In this document: positions 6,842-14,789 of the stretch, piece after piece
Layout: every line of letters begins with the position of its first letter
Position numbering within the stretch: position 1 is the stretch's first letter
NCBI GenBank assembly: GCA_027083015.1
Contig: JALWQS010000094.1
Location: 1 to 17,636, forward strand
Source of the DNA: Candidatus Woesearchaeota archaeon
Lineage (GTDB): Archaea > Nanobdellota > Nanobdellia > Woesearchaeales > UBA11576
Direction of reading: 5' to 3'
DNA: 17,636 nucleotides
Position numbers and translations under genes: made by a program
Notes under the pieces: model-generated
What the model saw: only the letters and a program-made list of their open reading frames with translations
What the model was told of the DNA's origin: nothing
Database searches by the model: none

Positions 6842-9667
6842 ATGAGACCAAAACAGGAATCTTCATTCCAGGCAATAAAAGAGTCAGCGACATTGAGCAA
6901 GAAATCAATAGCGATCATAATCTTCTCACTGATCATAGTCTTTCTTCCGATCTTTGCAGGCCTTTACCTGGACTACTTATGGTTCAAGAACCTGAACCTA
7001 AGCGAAGTATTCCTAAAGATCTTCTACACGCAGACAATCCTGGTAGTATCAGTCTTTTTCATATTCTTTGTGATACAAGCAGCTAATATCCTATTTGCCA
7101 ACAAAGAACAGAAAGTGACAAGAAAACATGTGATCAAGCAAAGCTTATCATCAAAAACGCTTTTCATTATAATAGGTTCCATAGCCGCTGTATTCGCTTA
7201 CGGATTCAAAAACTCCTGGAAAACAGTGTTATTGTATATTAACCAGACACCATTCGGAACAACCGATCCTATATTCGGAAAGGACATCGCATTCTTCGTA
7301 TTCACATTGCCTTTCATACAACTAGTGCTAAAATTCCTCATAGCAGCGATAATATCCGCTTTTATCATATCAGGCATAATATACTTGTTGAGGAACCACA
7401 TAAGTTTCATGAATATCACCAATGATCCGGGAGTGCTAGGCGCCCCTATAGAGACCCGTCAGTTCAGTTTCTCCTACAAAGCCACAAGACGAGCAAAAGT
7501 CCATCTCTCATTCTTAGGGTCATTAGTCTTCATACTAATAGCAGCATATTACTTCATCAAGCGATACGCAGTCCTTAACTCGCCAAGAGGCATAATTACA
7601 GGAGCAGGATACACAGATGTGAATGTTACTTTACCGATACTTATGTTCCTTGTGATACTATCGATAGTAATTGCAATTGAACTCTTCGTGTGGCCAAGCA
7701 TACTAAAGAAGAAAAATATAATCCCAATAACGATCATAACATTCCTGGCCGTCGTATTCATCGCACTTTCAGTAATTCCCGGAATGATCCAGTATTTCAA
7801 GGTCTTGCCCAATGAACTGACACTGGAACGGCCATTCATAGACAATAATATACGGTTAACAAGAACTGCTTATGGTCTTGACAACATACAAGAACTCTCC
7901 TACGACTTCCACGAACTATCAAACGCCTCATCAGATATGCTAAAATCAAAAGCGACAAGGTCAACCTTTGATAATATAAGATTGTGGGATCACCGACCAC
8001 TGAAACAAACATATAACCAGCTGCAAGAGATAAGACTATACTATGACTTTAATGATGTGGATGTAGATCGTTACACGATAGGAAACAATTATTCAGAAGT
8101 CATGCTGTCAGCCAGGGAACTGAACCAAAACCAACTGCCGCAGGCAGCACAGACGTGGGTCAATAAAAAACTCATATTCACACATGGGATGGGAGTGACC
8201 CTGTCACCAGTCAACAGGTTCACATCAGAAGGTCTGCCAGAACTCATGGTTAAAGACATACCTCCACAGGCATCCTATGACAGCCTGAAGATAGATCAGC
8301 CAAGAATATATTATGGAGAAGGAAACCTGGATTATGTGATAACAAACACTGCAACGGCAGAATTTGATTATCCTCAAGGAGACAAGAATACTTACACGCA
8401 TTATCAGGGCAAAGGGGGAGTAAGGGTAAACTCTTTCTGGAGAAAACTATTGTTTGCAATAAGGTTCGGAGACCTGAAGATCCTGCTCACAAGCGATGTC
8501 TCACCAGAGTCTAAGGTGTTGTTCTACAGGAACATAAAGGGACGCATAAGCAAGATAGCACCATTTTTGTTGCAAGATCCTGACCCTTATATCACCATAT
8601 CTGAAGGAAAACTGTTCTGGATGATGGATACCTATACCTATTCAGACGCGTTCCCTTACTCAGAATATACCTGGCTAGATGATTTCTTCAAGATAAACTA
8701 CATAAGGAACTCTGTTAAGGTCGTCATAGACGCATTTGACGGAAATCCGACATTCTATATTACAGACGATAAAGACCCGATAATCAATACATACAAAAAA
8801 ATATTCCCAGAGATGTTCCGCGACTTTAACGAGATGCCCAAGGACCTAAAAGCGCATGTACGTTACCCAGAAGAACTCTTTAATATACAAGCAAACATGT
8901 ACAGGATATACCACATGAAAGATCCTAAAGTCTTCTACAATAAAGAAGATAAATGGTCAATACCCGACGAGGTCTATGGAGAAGGCAAAGAGATCAAGAT
9001 GAAGCCTTACTATATAATCATGACCCTTCCTGGAGAGAACAAAGAAGAATTCATACTTATGACACCCTTTACACCAAGCAACAAGGATAACATGATAGGG
9101 TGGTTAGCGGCACGTTCCGACGATGATTATGGAAAACTGGTAGTTTATAAGTTCCCGAAAGAAAAACTCATATACGGACCTATGCAGATAGAGGCAAGGA
9201 TAGACCAGGATGCAAAGATATCAGAACAACTGACGCTTTGGGGCCAAAGGGGATCCACAGTCATCAGAGGAAACCTGTTGGTGATACCAATAGATCATTC
9301 ATTGATATATGTAGAACCATTGTACATCATTGCAGAGAAGACACAATTACCAGAGCTTAAAAGGATAATAATTTCCGACGGAAAACAGGTAGTCATGGAA
9401 AAAGATTTCAACACAGCAGTACAGAAATTGTTTGGTACAAGAATATCAACAGAAGAAGGAGCGACTGGTTCAGGCACACAAGAGACCGGCAGTGTTGCGG
9501 GCGAAGATGAAAACAAAAAGTCAATACCCAAAAGCCTAGTAAGACAAGCACAAGAATATTATGATAAAATAGAGGAGAGTATGAAAGCAGGCGATTGGGC
9601 AGGCATAGGAGCGAATCTTGACAAGCTGAAAGAAGTCTTAAACCAGCTTGATGAACAAAGCAGATAA
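6842..9667 (+). CDS. UPF0182 family large membrane protein, 941 aa
   Basis: About seven N-terminal transmembrane helices, then a large soluble domain containing RIYYGEG, FDYP, HVRYPEELFNIQANMY and a C-terminal YYDKIEESMKAGDWAGIG helix. This pattern is as I remember it for UPF0182 (COG1615). Confidence 0.82.
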   Translation: MRPKQESSFQAIKESATLSKKSIAIIIFSLIIVFLPIFAGLYLDYLWFKNLNLSEVFLKIFYTQTILVVSVFFIFFVIQAANILFANKEQKVTRKHVIKQSLSSKTLFIIIGSIAAVFAYGFKNSWKTVLLYINQTPFGTTDPIFGKDIAFFVFTLPFIQLVLKFLIAAIISAFIISGIIYLLRNHISFMNITNDPGVLGAPIETRQFSFSYKATRRAKVHLSFLGSLVFILIAAYYFIKRYAVLNSPRGIITGAGYTDVNVTLPILMFLVILSIVIAIELFVWPSILKKKNIIPITIITFLAVVFIALSVIPGMIQYFKVLPNELTLERPFIDNNIRLTRTAYGLDNIQELSYDFHELSNASSDMLKSKATRSTFDNIRLWDHRPLKQTYNQLQEIRLYYDFNDVDVDRYTIGNNYSEVMLSARELNQNQLPQAAQTWVNKKLIFTHGMGVTLSPVNRFTSEGLPELMVKDIPPQASYDSLKIDQPRIYYGEGNLDYVITNTATAEFDYPQGDKNTYTHYQGKGGVRVNSFWRKLLFAIRFGDLKILLTSDVSPESKVLFYRNIKGRISKIAPFLLQDPDPYITISEGKLFWMMDTYTYSDAFPYSEYTWLDDFFKINYIRNSVKVVIDAFDGNPTFYITDDKDPIINTYKKIFPEMFRDFNEMPKDLKAHVRYPEELFNIQANMYRIYHMKDPKVFYNKEDKWSIPDEVYGEGKEIKMKPYYIIMTLPGENKEEFILMTPFTPSNKDNMIGWLAARSDDDYGKLVVYKFPKEKLIYGPMQIEARIDQDAKISEQLTLWGQRGSTVIRGNLLVIPIDHSLIYVEPLYIIAEKTQLPELKRIIISDGKQVVMEKDFNTAVQKLFGTRISTEEGATGSGTQETGSVAGEDENKKSIPKSLVRQAQEYYDKIEESMKAGDWAGIGANLDKLKEVLNQLDEQSR

Positions 9668-9721
9668 GTGAACAATAAAGAACAAGAGCTGATAAAATAT
9701 TTATTCAATAACCAATAAGAA

Positions 9722-9913
9722 TCATTTCTTTCCGATGAACTCAGTATATCCGCACTGACCACAGGTCTCCCTGTCCTTATGCTTAGCCATGAAGACTCCG
9801 ACACCGCACTTTGGGCAGAACTTCTGTTTTCTTTTAAGCTCATTACCAGCCACTTCGTAATGCTTATACTTGTGACTTCCAGGTTTCTTCTTATGTTCTT
9901 TCTTTTTAGCCAT
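9722..9913 (-). CDS. rps27ae: 30S ribosomal protein S27ae (eS31), 63 aa
   Basis: Basic N-terminus and zinc ribbon CPKCG-x14-CGQCG. A GGTGA Shine-Dalgarno site lies upstream. Confidence 0.93.
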   Translation of the reverse strand: MAKKKEHKKKPGSHKYKHYEVAGNELKRKQKFCPKCGVGVFMAKHKDRETCGQCGYTEFIGKK

Positions 9914-9944
9914 TCAATTCACCACATCAACTAATATGATAATC

Positions 9945-10286
9945 TTATGCAGCCTCTGCCGGTTTTTCAGCAGCAGCTTCACCAGAGTCCTGAGCTTCCT
10001 TTTTTGCTTCAGGTTTCTCATGCTTCTTAAGCATACCTTCATCCTCATACCTTTTCAGGTCGGCCTCTTTTTCATAAACATGAGCGATAACCCTTGCTTT
10101 TTGCACGCCATAACGAGGGTAAACATGCTTTATGATAGTGAGGTTCTTATCAGATTTTAGCTTAACAGCTACAGCGTCCCTGATTTCACTTCTGGAAGGA
10201 GTAGGTCCTTCCTTGATGATCTCCAAAGTAAACCTTTTTCTTGACAACAATGGTGTATCTCTTTCCTTTAAAATATTGATTTCCAT
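9945..10286 (-). CDS. rps24e: 30S ribosomal protein S24e (eS24), 113 aa
   Basis: The N-terminus MEINILKERDTPLLSRKRF is typical of S24e. I chose the ATG at 10284-10286, which has AGGTGA 5 nt upstream, instead of the ORF-track GTG at 10295. Confidence 0.92.
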   Translation of the reverse strand: MEINILKERDTPLLSRKRFTLEIIKEGPTPSRSEIRDAVAVKLKSDKNLTIIKHVYPRYGVQKARVIAHVYEKEADLKRYEDEGMLKKHEKPEAKKEAQDSGEAAAEKPAEAA

Positions 10287-10291
10287 AATAT

Positions 10292-10480
10292 TCACCTACA
10301 CTTAAGCGCGAATTCCCCTTTAACATCTACGCCGATCTGTTTACCGACAAAACTTTTCTTAGGATCAATGATATAGATTCTTCCCTGCCAGTTAGTCGTG
10401 AAGTTAGAAGTCTTACAGATAGGACACTCATTTCCTTCAACAAACATCTTACATCGTTTACAAACCTTTTTCTTAACCAT
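10292..10480 (-). CDS. spt4: Transcription elongation factor Spt4 (RpoE''), 62 aa
   Basis: Zinc ribbon CKRC-x9-CPIC followed by NWQGRIYIIDP. It sits in the conserved position between rpoE' and rps24e. Confidence 0.9.
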   Translation of the reverse strand: MVKKKVCKRCKMFVEGNECPICKTSNFTTNWQGRIYIIDPKKSFVGKQIGVDVKGEFALKCR

Positions 10481-10527
10481 AATGCTCGCCTATTGATCAT
10501 GCTCAAAACTTTTCTTGTCTTTAAGCT

Positions 10528-11106
10528 TTATTTCTTCTTCTCTTCTTTTTTGCCTTTCTTCTTGCTGCCGCCTTCTTTCTCTTCCTCAATCCATTCAAAT
10601 TTACCGAGGAACTCCTGTCTCATGGTCAGACCGAGTTTAGGATTGGAAACCTCCTTGAAAGAGACCGCAACAATCCTTGCACGGCATTTATCGCCAACCT
10701 TAAGCACTTTCTTCGTCTCTTTTCCGCTAAGCACCTTCTCTTTAGAGAATGATACGAAATCATCCATGGTCTGCGAAACATGGATCATGCCTTCAATAGG
10801 TCCCAGCTGGATGAATGCGCCGAAGTCAGCGATGTCACGGATCTTACCGATCACTACTTCCTGCATCTCAGGCTTAAAGCATAATAATTCAAAGGTAACA
10901 TCATAATATATAGCTCCGTCGCCAGGGATTATGATGCCTTCCCGGATATCATTGATCTTTGAAACATCAATGACAATGCCCATCTCTTTTGAGATGAAAC
11001 CATCATACTTCTTCTTGACCCTCTTTGTTACAGCCTCTTCTTTCTTAAGACCAAAATACGTTGGTGGCACTCTTATGTGATCATTAAGTTTTGTTCTGTA
11101 AAACAT
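10528..11106 (-). CDS. rpoE: DNA-directed RNA polymerase subunit E' (Rpo7) with an S1 domain, 192 aa
   Basis: N-terminus MFYRTKLNDHIRVPP and an S1-fold segment (GKIRDIADFGAFIQLGPIEGMIHVSQ). It ends in a Lys/Glu-rich tail (EEEKEGGSKKKGKKEEKKK). Confidence 0.93.
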   Translation of the reverse strand: MFYRTKLNDHIRVPPTYFGLKKEEAVTKRVKKKYDGFISKEMGIVIDVSKINDIREGIIIPGDGAIYYDVTFELLCFKPEMQEVVIGKIRDIADFGAFIQLGPIEGMIHVSQTMDDFVSFSKEKVLSGKETKKVLKVGDKCRARIVAVSFKEVSNPKLGLTMRQEFLGKFEWIEEEKEGGSKKKGKKEEKKK

Positions 11107-11180
11107 AGGTTATACCCCTCATGCGCTTTTCAGGCTTACCTTAAGTCTAAGACCAAAAGCCCTATTAAGCATTTGAACCT

Positions 11181-11567
11181 TTAAATCAACTGTAAATGTT
11201 TTTTAGCCCTTAAAATAATTAATGGCACTTTATTTCCTTTCAAAATCCCTTTAAGTTCCTTATCTTGTGTTGCTACTATAAAATCAGGGTTTTTTGCCAG
11301 ATTTACAATCAGTTTATCGGTATTTAAATTCTTTTCTGTTTTTAAAACCTTGATGGATTTAGCCTTAATAAGGTCTTTTGCGAGCTTTGCAGCTTTCTTA
11401 TCAGATCCTGATTCGGTAATCTGAAGCTTATCAAGCTCATCAAGCGTGCTATCAACGATACAAAGCTCATATTCTTCATCCATAATGCGCTTTATTTCAG
11501 AGAAGATGTCCACGCCGAACTGGCTGGGAATCAACAAAAAGTTTGTATCAAGGATGATCTTCTTCAT
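11181..11567 (-). CDS. PIN-domain protein (Fcf1/COG1412-like), 128 aa
   Basis: ILDTNFLL acidic PIN motif at the N-terminus and a later VATQDKEL motif. It occupies the conserved archaeal position upstream of rpoE'. I chose the ATG at 11567; a GTG at 11576 is an alternative start. Confidence 0.85.
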   Translation of the reverse strand: MKKIILDTNFLLIPSQFGVDIFSEIKRIMDEEYELCIVDSTLDELDKLQITESGSDKKAAKLAKDLIKAKSIKVLKTEKNLNTDKLIVNLAKNPDFIVATQDKELKGILKGNKVPLIILRAKKHLQLI

Positions 11568-11673
11568 AATTATCACGCATCATAACAATATATTGGTGTA
11601 ATCGAGGAAGATAAGGTTTTTAAATAAATCTTTTGGAAACTAACTCTGGCCGGCCTGCAAGAGGCTGGTAATC

Positions 11674-12144
11674 CTATACTGCTAAGAGAAGCACGATGGT
11701 TGTCAAGAAAATGATGTCAAAAGCTATATTCAGATAGCTTTCTTTCATATAGATAAAGAGCATCTTCCATCGGACAAACCTTTTCTGTGTCAACTCAATA
11801 TAATCCAGTATCATATGAGAATAATAAGCGATAGCCAATACCAAAGAAGCAAGGCTGGAAAAGGGAAACAGTATAATTATGAGCAGTGTAGTGCCGATCA
11901 TGCCGGGCCAATAATGCGTAAAACTTCTCTTGACAAAACTCTCTTTTGTCATAGAATCATTCCACATACCGATGAAAGAGAAACGATTTTTTTTAGCATG
12001 AATAACATACTCAACATAGTGGTCAAGGTCTATCAAAACACCGACCACTGCACACAACAAAGCAATCTTCCAAGATATCATGCCAAACCGAAATAGCAAT
12101 AAGCCGATGGCCAGTGGAAACAAAAAATGAGTGTGTGGTTGCAA
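11674..12144 (-). CDS. DUF457/YdjM-like membrane-bound metal-dependent hydrolase, 156 aa
   Basis: N-terminal HTHFLFPLAIG and DLDH motifs in a polytopic membrane protein. It has a TTG start with GGAG 9 nt upstream. The nearby ATG at 12146-12148 is out of frame. Confidence 0.68.
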   Translation of the reverse strand: MQPHTHFLFPLAIGLLLFRFGMISWKIALLCAVVGVLIDLDHYVEYVIHAKKNRFSFIGMWNDSMTKESFVKRSFTHYWPGMIGTTLLIIILFPFSSLASLVLAIAYYSHMILDYIELTQKRFVRWKMLFIYMKESYLNIAFDIIFLTTIVLLLAV

Positions 12145-12217
12145 TCATATCAACTCCTTAAACGTCGCTTAAACCTTATTCAGCATCAGATCTCTTATAT
12201 TTTTGCCGTCTTATTGA

Positions 12218-12235
12218 AAATCTCGTTAGAGATTT
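12218..12235 (-). terminator. Hairpin AAATCTC-TAAC-GAGATTT followed by a T-run, downstream of the HTH gene
   Basis: A 7-bp stem that reads into TTTTC on the minus strand. It lies between the HTH gene stop codon and a TATA-like AAAAATATAAG (12195-12205) upstream of the DUF457 gene. Confidence 0.35.
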
Positions 12236-12250
12236 GCAAGGAGTTTAATA

Positions 12251-12270
12251 CCCCTACCTTTAGGTTGGGG
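12251..12270 (-). other. GC-rich hairpin (CCCC.ACC-loop-GGT.GGGG) 37 nt downstream of the HTH gene stop codon
   Basis: An 8-position stem with one mismatch and a 4-nt loop, conspicuous in an A/T-rich spacer. No T-run follows it directly. Confidence 0.3.
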
Positions 12271-12306
12271 ATAGACCCGAGTGGCGAGTTTTTGTTATTC
12301 TTCTCT

Positions 12307-12951
12307 TTATCTCAGGCCCAAACTCTTAAGCTTTCGAAGAAGAGTCTCATACCTAAGACCGATCTTCTTGGCAGTACGCGTAGCATTTCCATCATTTTCG
12401 TCGAGAGCCTTAGATAAGTAGGATTTTTCAAACTCTTCCTCGGCCTCTTTCAAGCTCAGCTGTCTGTCAGGAATCTCATCAAGAATATCCTTAGAGACAT
12501 TATTGACATTCTTATATACCTCTTCAATCTTAGAAGGGTGGATGACCGTCCTGTAATGCTCAAGAACATCTTCAATTATGTTGCCGACAGCTTTCTGTTT
12601 TACCTCGTAAGGCTTTATCATCTCTTCTCTTATCTTGTGGACATCTATGCCTGCGTCTTTCACGATACGATGGATGCTGCGCCTGTCAACACCTGCACGT
12701 TTAGCGACCATTGATATATTTCCGTAACTCGTCCTCAGAAGCTTCCTTAGGTATTCCTGCTTGAACCTTTTTTTCGCCAGCTTAAACTTTATCTTAGTAT
12801 TTATGGTAAAATCCAGAAGCGGGCTCTTCTTCAGCTTGCCTGAAATATCCTTAGATATCTCAGATATCCTGACACCAAGGGCCTTGCGCATAGCATCAGA
12901 AACTATGTGCTCAACATCCTTATGTTCCTTATCAGTCTCTTTTTCTGCCAT
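12307..12951 (-). CDS. Tandem Fis-type (HTH_8) DNA-binding protein, 214 aa
   Basis: Two copies of the Fis/NtrC C-terminal signature. Residues 56-101 read FKLAKKRFKQEYLRKLLRTSYGNISMVAKRAGVDRRSIHRIVKDAG. Residues 166-213 read LSLKEAEEEFEKSYLSKALDENDGNATRTAKKIGLRYETLLRKLKSLGL. Confidence 0.75.
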   Translation of the reverse strand: MAEKETDKEHKDVEHIVSDAMRKALGVRISEISKDISGKLKKSPLLDFTINTKIKFKLAKKRFKQEYLRKLLRTSYGNISMVAKRAGVDRRSIHRIVKDAGIDVHKIREEMIKPYEVKQKAVGNIIEDVLEHYRTVIHPSKIEEVYKNVNNVSKDILDEIPDRQLSLKEAEEEFEKSYLSKALDENDGNATRTAKKIGLRYETLLRKLKSLGLR

Positions 12952-12978
12952 TGTACGGGAAAGCAGACATACAGATAG

Positions 12979-12988
12979 TTTATAAATC
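12979..12988 (-). promoter_or_regulatory. TATA-like box (GATTTATAAA on the minus strand) upstream of the HTH gene ATG
   Basis: A/T box in the divergent intergenic region, about 27 nt from the start codon at 12951. Confidence 0.4.
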
Positions 12989-13080
12989 TTTATAGAGAAG
13001 GAAAGGATGTCTAGGTTGATGAAGAATTAGTCCTTGCAAGAAAGTGGGTAAAATTATCACCACACTATTTTTAATACTTT

Positions 13081-13129
13081 GCTGACATACTAATATGTAG
13101 CTTGTCAGGCGTTCAGTAGTTTGTCAGGC
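13081..13129. promoter_or_regulatory. Array of three TGACA/TGTCA half-sites, including a 14-nt direct repeat; candidate operator
   Basis: GCTGACA (13081-13087), then GTAGCTTGTCAGGC (13097-13110) and GTAGTTTGTCAGGC (13116-13129). The last two match at 13/14 positions. Half-site starts at 13083, 13103 and 13122 give 20- and 19-bp spacing. The first site is inverted relative to the other two. Confidence 0.5.
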
Positions 13130-13157
13130 ATAGGTTTCATTTAAGATTAAGAAAACG

Positions 13158-14717
13158 ATGGTAACCGACATAAGTTCAATGTTAAAAGATCTGAAACAGG
13201 ATGTTCTTTATACGCCAAAGAGAGAGGCCATAATCTCAGAGGCTGTGCGTAATTTTAACAGACGCGGAACTGAGGCTGAAAGAGAATCGCGCAGATACAA
13301 GAATCCAAAAACATTCTTGAGAGGAAAAAAATCCTATCTAGACAAAAGGATACGTGAAGCTAGAAAAGAAATCTCCAACACTCCGGGCAGCAGGCGACAG
13401 GTAGAACAGCTGGAAGAACTGGTCTCCCAGAGAAAGATCCTTGACCATCTACGCATAGAAAATGGAAGAGTAGTCTTTAAGCGGTTAGAAATCCCTGAAA
13501 GGGTACATAACTACAGGAGACTGCTTCAAGGATTATACAGAGAAACATTGACGACAGACCCGGAGGGAGATTTCAATTACGTCTCACGAGCGATAGTTAC
13601 TTTTGTCAGGGACCCTCTCAGAGCAGCCTCAGCAATCCGCAACTCAGCAGATTTTGAGATCATACTCCTAGACAGGAACTTTGAGCTTCCGGAACCGTTC
13701 TCACAACGCTTCATAAAGGATCCAGAAAAGACATACCGGAGAGCATTCAACATCTACCTGGAAAAGATCATAGAAGATGAACTATTGAAACAACCAGGAG
13801 TTACCTTAAGAAAATTAAGAAGAAAAAATGATATCTGGAGAGAAGAGATGAAGTGGCTGAAAAAAGATCCTAAGATGAGAGAGCGTGCAGAAGATGTGGT
13901 ATCTGATCTTCTTCAACTGCACTATGCCTATTTGGTACCATACTTCAGGTCCAGAAATGAGATGGCAGAAGCAGGCAAGCCCGAAGACATAATGCTGGAA
14001 CGACTGTCAAGACTTAGAAAAGACAAACTATACTTTGGGCTGGTATATACAGGTCTTGACAGACATCAACGGGTATTCCTGACGACGAACAATTCACAGG
14101 GGCTACTTATGCTGATGTTCTCAGACCTTGTGGAGAGACTACAAAATGAAGGGCATAAGGTAAGACAGAGTGATATAATAAGGATAAGCCAGGAGTATGC
14201 TCACGGAAGTGAAGGTGAAGTCCTTTCCCGTTCAGGCATACGGCAAAGATACGACCCTTACATAAGCCATGTGATAGATTATGATCCAAGAAGACCGATA
14301 CCAAAAGATCTTCTGAGACGCTGGACAGACCTTAGCGGAGCATGTCATTGTCTTGACGCAAAATACGTCGGTATGCTTCATGAATCAAGAGAGTACGACT
14401 TTACGTACTTCTGTGCACATACTATAGCAGTGTATCTCAAGCACGCGCAGGAAAGACTTGAAGAAGGAAGAAGAGTCATAAGTCCTGTAGTATTGCCGAC
14501 GGTCAAACAAGCATACTATGAGAACAAACTAGGAAGGCAGGTTTTGGTGCTGAAAAAGGAAGGAGGCGGAGTAAAGGAACGATTGAATCGCGGAGAACGG
14601 GAACTCTTAAACATGCGTAACATCCAGGAACTTGGGCCAAGAAATACATTGACGGCAGATTTTGAAGAAGCGTACCAAGCGATGAGAAGCGTATATGGTC
14701 ATAAGTTCAACTTATGA
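13158..14717 (+). CDS. SWIM zinc-finger domain protein, otherwise uncharacterised, 519 aa
   Basis: Long uninterrupted ORF rich in Arg, Lys and Glu. The SWIM signature CxCxnCxH appears as C396-H-C398-x20-C419-A-H421 (nt 14343-14420). I recognise nothing in the first ~390 aa. The start is uncertain, because Met8 (13179) is an alternative. Confidence 0.7.
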   Translation: MVTDISSMLKDLKQDVLYTPKREAIISEAVRNFNRRGTEAERESRRYKNPKTFLRGKKSYLDKRIREARKEISNTPGSRRQVEQLEELVSQRKILDHLRIENGRVVFKRLEIPERVHNYRRLLQGLYRETLTTDPEGDFNYVSRAIVTFVRDPLRAASAIRNSADFEIILLDRNFELPEPFSQRFIKDPEKTYRRAFNIYLEKIIEDELLKQPGVTLRKLRRKNDIWREEMKWLKKDPKMRERAEDVVSDLLQLHYAYLVPYFRSRNEMAEAGKPEDIMLERLSRLRKDKLYFGLVYTGLDRHQRVFLTTNNSQGLLMLMFSDLVERLQNEGHKVRQSDIIRISQEYAHGSEGEVLSRSGIRQRYDPYISHVIDYDPRRPIPKDLLRRWTDLSGACHCLDAKYVGMLHESREYDFTYFCAHTIAVYLKHAQERLEEGRRVISPVVLPTVKQAYYENKLGRQVLVLKKEGGGVKERLNRGERELLNMRNIQELGPRNTLTADFEEAYQAMRSVYGHKFNL

Positions 14718-14763
14718 TCCTGAGATCATGGCCGGTTTTGGTAATATTCTGTTTTCATGATCT
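14714..14763. terminator. Inverted repeats between convergent genes (ATGATC / GATCATG / CATGATCT) with T-runs
   Basis: AGATCATG (14723-14730) pairs with CATGATCT (14756-14763). ATGATC (14714-14719), which overlaps the stop codon, can pair with GATCAT (14724-14729). GGTTTTGG and CTGTTTTC lie in the loop. Confidence 0.35.
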
Positions 14764-14789
14764 TCTACATATCTTAAACCTTTAGCGTT

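Noticed and set aside
12127-12417. A 96-aa plus-strand ORF that spans the DUF457/HTH spacer.
   Set aside because: It runs antisense into the HTH gene and across a spacer better explained by terminator-like hairpins and the DUF457 promoter and Shine-Dalgarno site. It has no recognisable motifs.
13158-14717. The SWIM protein as a MuDR/MULE-type transposase, and therefore a mobile element.
   Set aside because: I could not recognise a DDE/MULE catalytic core in the N-terminal 390 aa. No terminal inverted repeats or target-site duplications flank the gene, and the neighbouring genes are intact. A profile search could still overturn this.
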